Assembly: GCF_000315625.1 (NCBI RefSeq)
Contig: NW_005434670.1
Location: forward strand, 144,237-208,236
Reading direction: 5' to 3'
DNA length: 64,000 bases
Source: Guillardia theta CCMP2712
Lineage: Eukaryota; Protista; Cryptophyta
Shown here: piece by piece, positions 62,545-64,000 of the stretch
How the letters are laid out: each line of letters starts with the position of its first letter
Position numbering within the stretch: the first letter of the stretch is position 1
Position numbers and translations under genes: made by a program
The notes under the pieces: model-generated
Databases searched by the model: none
The model's input: only the letters and a program-made list of their open reading frames with translations
Told to the model about the DNA's origin: nothing

Positions 62545-64000
62545 ATGCCATCGGGCAGTACTTTAAACGACCGGCTCAGTCGACTCATCAAAGGTTATGG
62601 AAGGGTGGTTACTCAAAAGAAATCCACGGGAGTGATGAAGTTGAAAGAAGGCAAAAGTGTCTTGGCAGTGAGAGAGTATGGAATTATTTGTGAAAAGATG
62701 ACCCAGATACGTTCAGACACTATGGCACGAGAAATAGGATCAACAGGCTTGTTCGGATTTGCTGGTACCACGATCATGTGGAACTGTTGCTGTAGAAGCG
62801 AAACTTTAGACATTCTACATCTTGAACACTTTGATTGGGAGAACGACTGCTTGAAGCTGACAATATTGAAGACCAAGATGGACCAAGGGGGTGTTGACGC
62901 CGACATTTTTTCTCCCAGAACAAGGCACATATTTGCAGCACCCAACAAACCTATGTCTTGTCCTATCTTGGCCATTGCTTTGTATGCGTTTTCCCAAACC
63001 AGAATGAGGATAAGTCACACCAAATTTTTTCTGGGAAACGACCAGAAGCAGAGGTTTGGCCAAGTCTTGAGAAGGGTATTGTCCACAGAGGACATGCAGG
63101 AGGAAGTATGGAGGGATGTTGGTAAGTGCTAGCCTGAGGAAGTCTTGAGACTGAGATTGAAATGTGCAGGTTCGCACAGTTTTAGGAAGGGGAGCGTGAC
63201 GCATCTACTAGGCATTCCGGGAGGACCAGTCAGTACATCAATATTTCAACGAGCCAGCTGGTCCTTAGGCAACACCAAGGACAGGTACATCGGAACAGTG
63301 GAACCAGGCAATTATCAATACTGTGGGCGTATTCTAGCAGGGGACAACACCAAGAGCGAGAATTTCGATGTGTTACCTCCTCATTTCACAAGAGAAGGTC
63401 TGGCAAGAATCAACGATATTGGTATGCACAAGTTCATTGATGGATACGACACGTTCCCGGACAGCTACAAGAGATGTTTACCAATGTTCCTTGCGCAGAT
63501 AGTGTACCATCTGGACCGTCTCAAAGACATGTTTCCAAGTCACCATTTCCTATGGGGGTCACCTGTTTTTGCAGTGAAAGGCTCAAGAACAATGCAATTT
63601 TTACAAGAATTGAAAGAGCATCATATCAGTTTTTGTCGCGGGGAATGCGAAGAATGCGGTATGACCTGCAGTGGAGTTCCGATGCACGTGATGAATGTGG
63701 CTGAAATCAGGAAGCTGCGAGAGAGTCAAGAACAGGGAACAAAGCTGTTGCACGATACAGTGTTGAATGTTTCAACTTCGCTACCGCAAGACATTTACGA
63801 GCTGATCATTAGAAACTTTGAGGTGAACGGAGCCATTCCACTAGCTCAACGAGATCTGGAAAAGCTGCGGGAGGATCTGACATCCATGATGAATACAGGA
63901 TTCAGTGAAATCATGCAAGGACTTCTGACGTCGAGACTCAGGATGCAGGGTCCTGAGGAACTGACAGGGAGAGGGGGTGGAGGGGAACTGCCAATTATTG
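62545..64000 (+). CDS. Crypton-type tyrosine recombinase, 2 exons (62545-63121, 63170-beyond window end)
   Basis: Removing the 48-nt intron gtaagt...tgcag (63122-63169) gives WNCCCRSET...KTKMDQ...CPILAIALY...DV|GSHSFRKG...RASWSLGNTKDRY...YCGRILAG...LPPHF. The frame stays open to the window end. Confidence 0.9.

Larger units (their letters stand above)
61278..64000 (+). mobile_element. Putative Crypton-like DNA transposon; left boundary uncertain, continues beyond the window
   Basis: Intron-containing tyrosine recombinase with no RT seen in the window, an adjacent compact ORF, and flanking motifs repeated elsewhere in the window. Confidence 0.7.

Noticed and set aside
61879-63204. Antisense ORFs over the cargo and recombinase genes as DIRS-like overlapping frames
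   Set aside because: No gag, RT or RNase H motifs; they are shadows of the sense frames.

Overview
Eukaryotic nuclear DNA from a gene-dense, intron-rich alga. Introns are mostly 40-80 nt GT-AG (a few GC-AG), and some are expanded by purine/pyrimidine microsatellites. Bipartite plastid-targeting leaders are present, and there are two 100-N scaffold gaps. The style fits a cryptophyte such as Guillardia (inference). About 22 protein genes and one tRNA-Arg(CCG) can be supported. Recognisable products: COG0523/CobW metallochaperone GTPase fused to a degenerate Nudix domain, PH-CaMK kinase, TXNDC9/phosducin-like protein, ZIP transporter, ankyrin protein, Strawberry-notch helicase, ABC1/UbiB kinase, SAM-domain protein, alanine aminotransferase, histidine phosphatase and a SHIPPO-repeat flagellar protein. 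The most notable item is at the right end: an intron-containing Crypton-type tyrosine recombinase with a complete set of catalytic residues, only partly shown by the ORF track. It lies 14 bp downstream of an intronless ORF with a possible nuclease-like fold. The DNA upstream of this pair shares exact motifs with a ~183-bp inverted-repeat mini-element at 32.0 kb, whose left end recurs at 8.3 kb. These motifs sit beside unusual palindrome-dense GC-rich and GGGT-rich islands that repeatedly occupy 5'/divergent intergenic regions. Exon boundaries were read by eye and are approximate unless stated.
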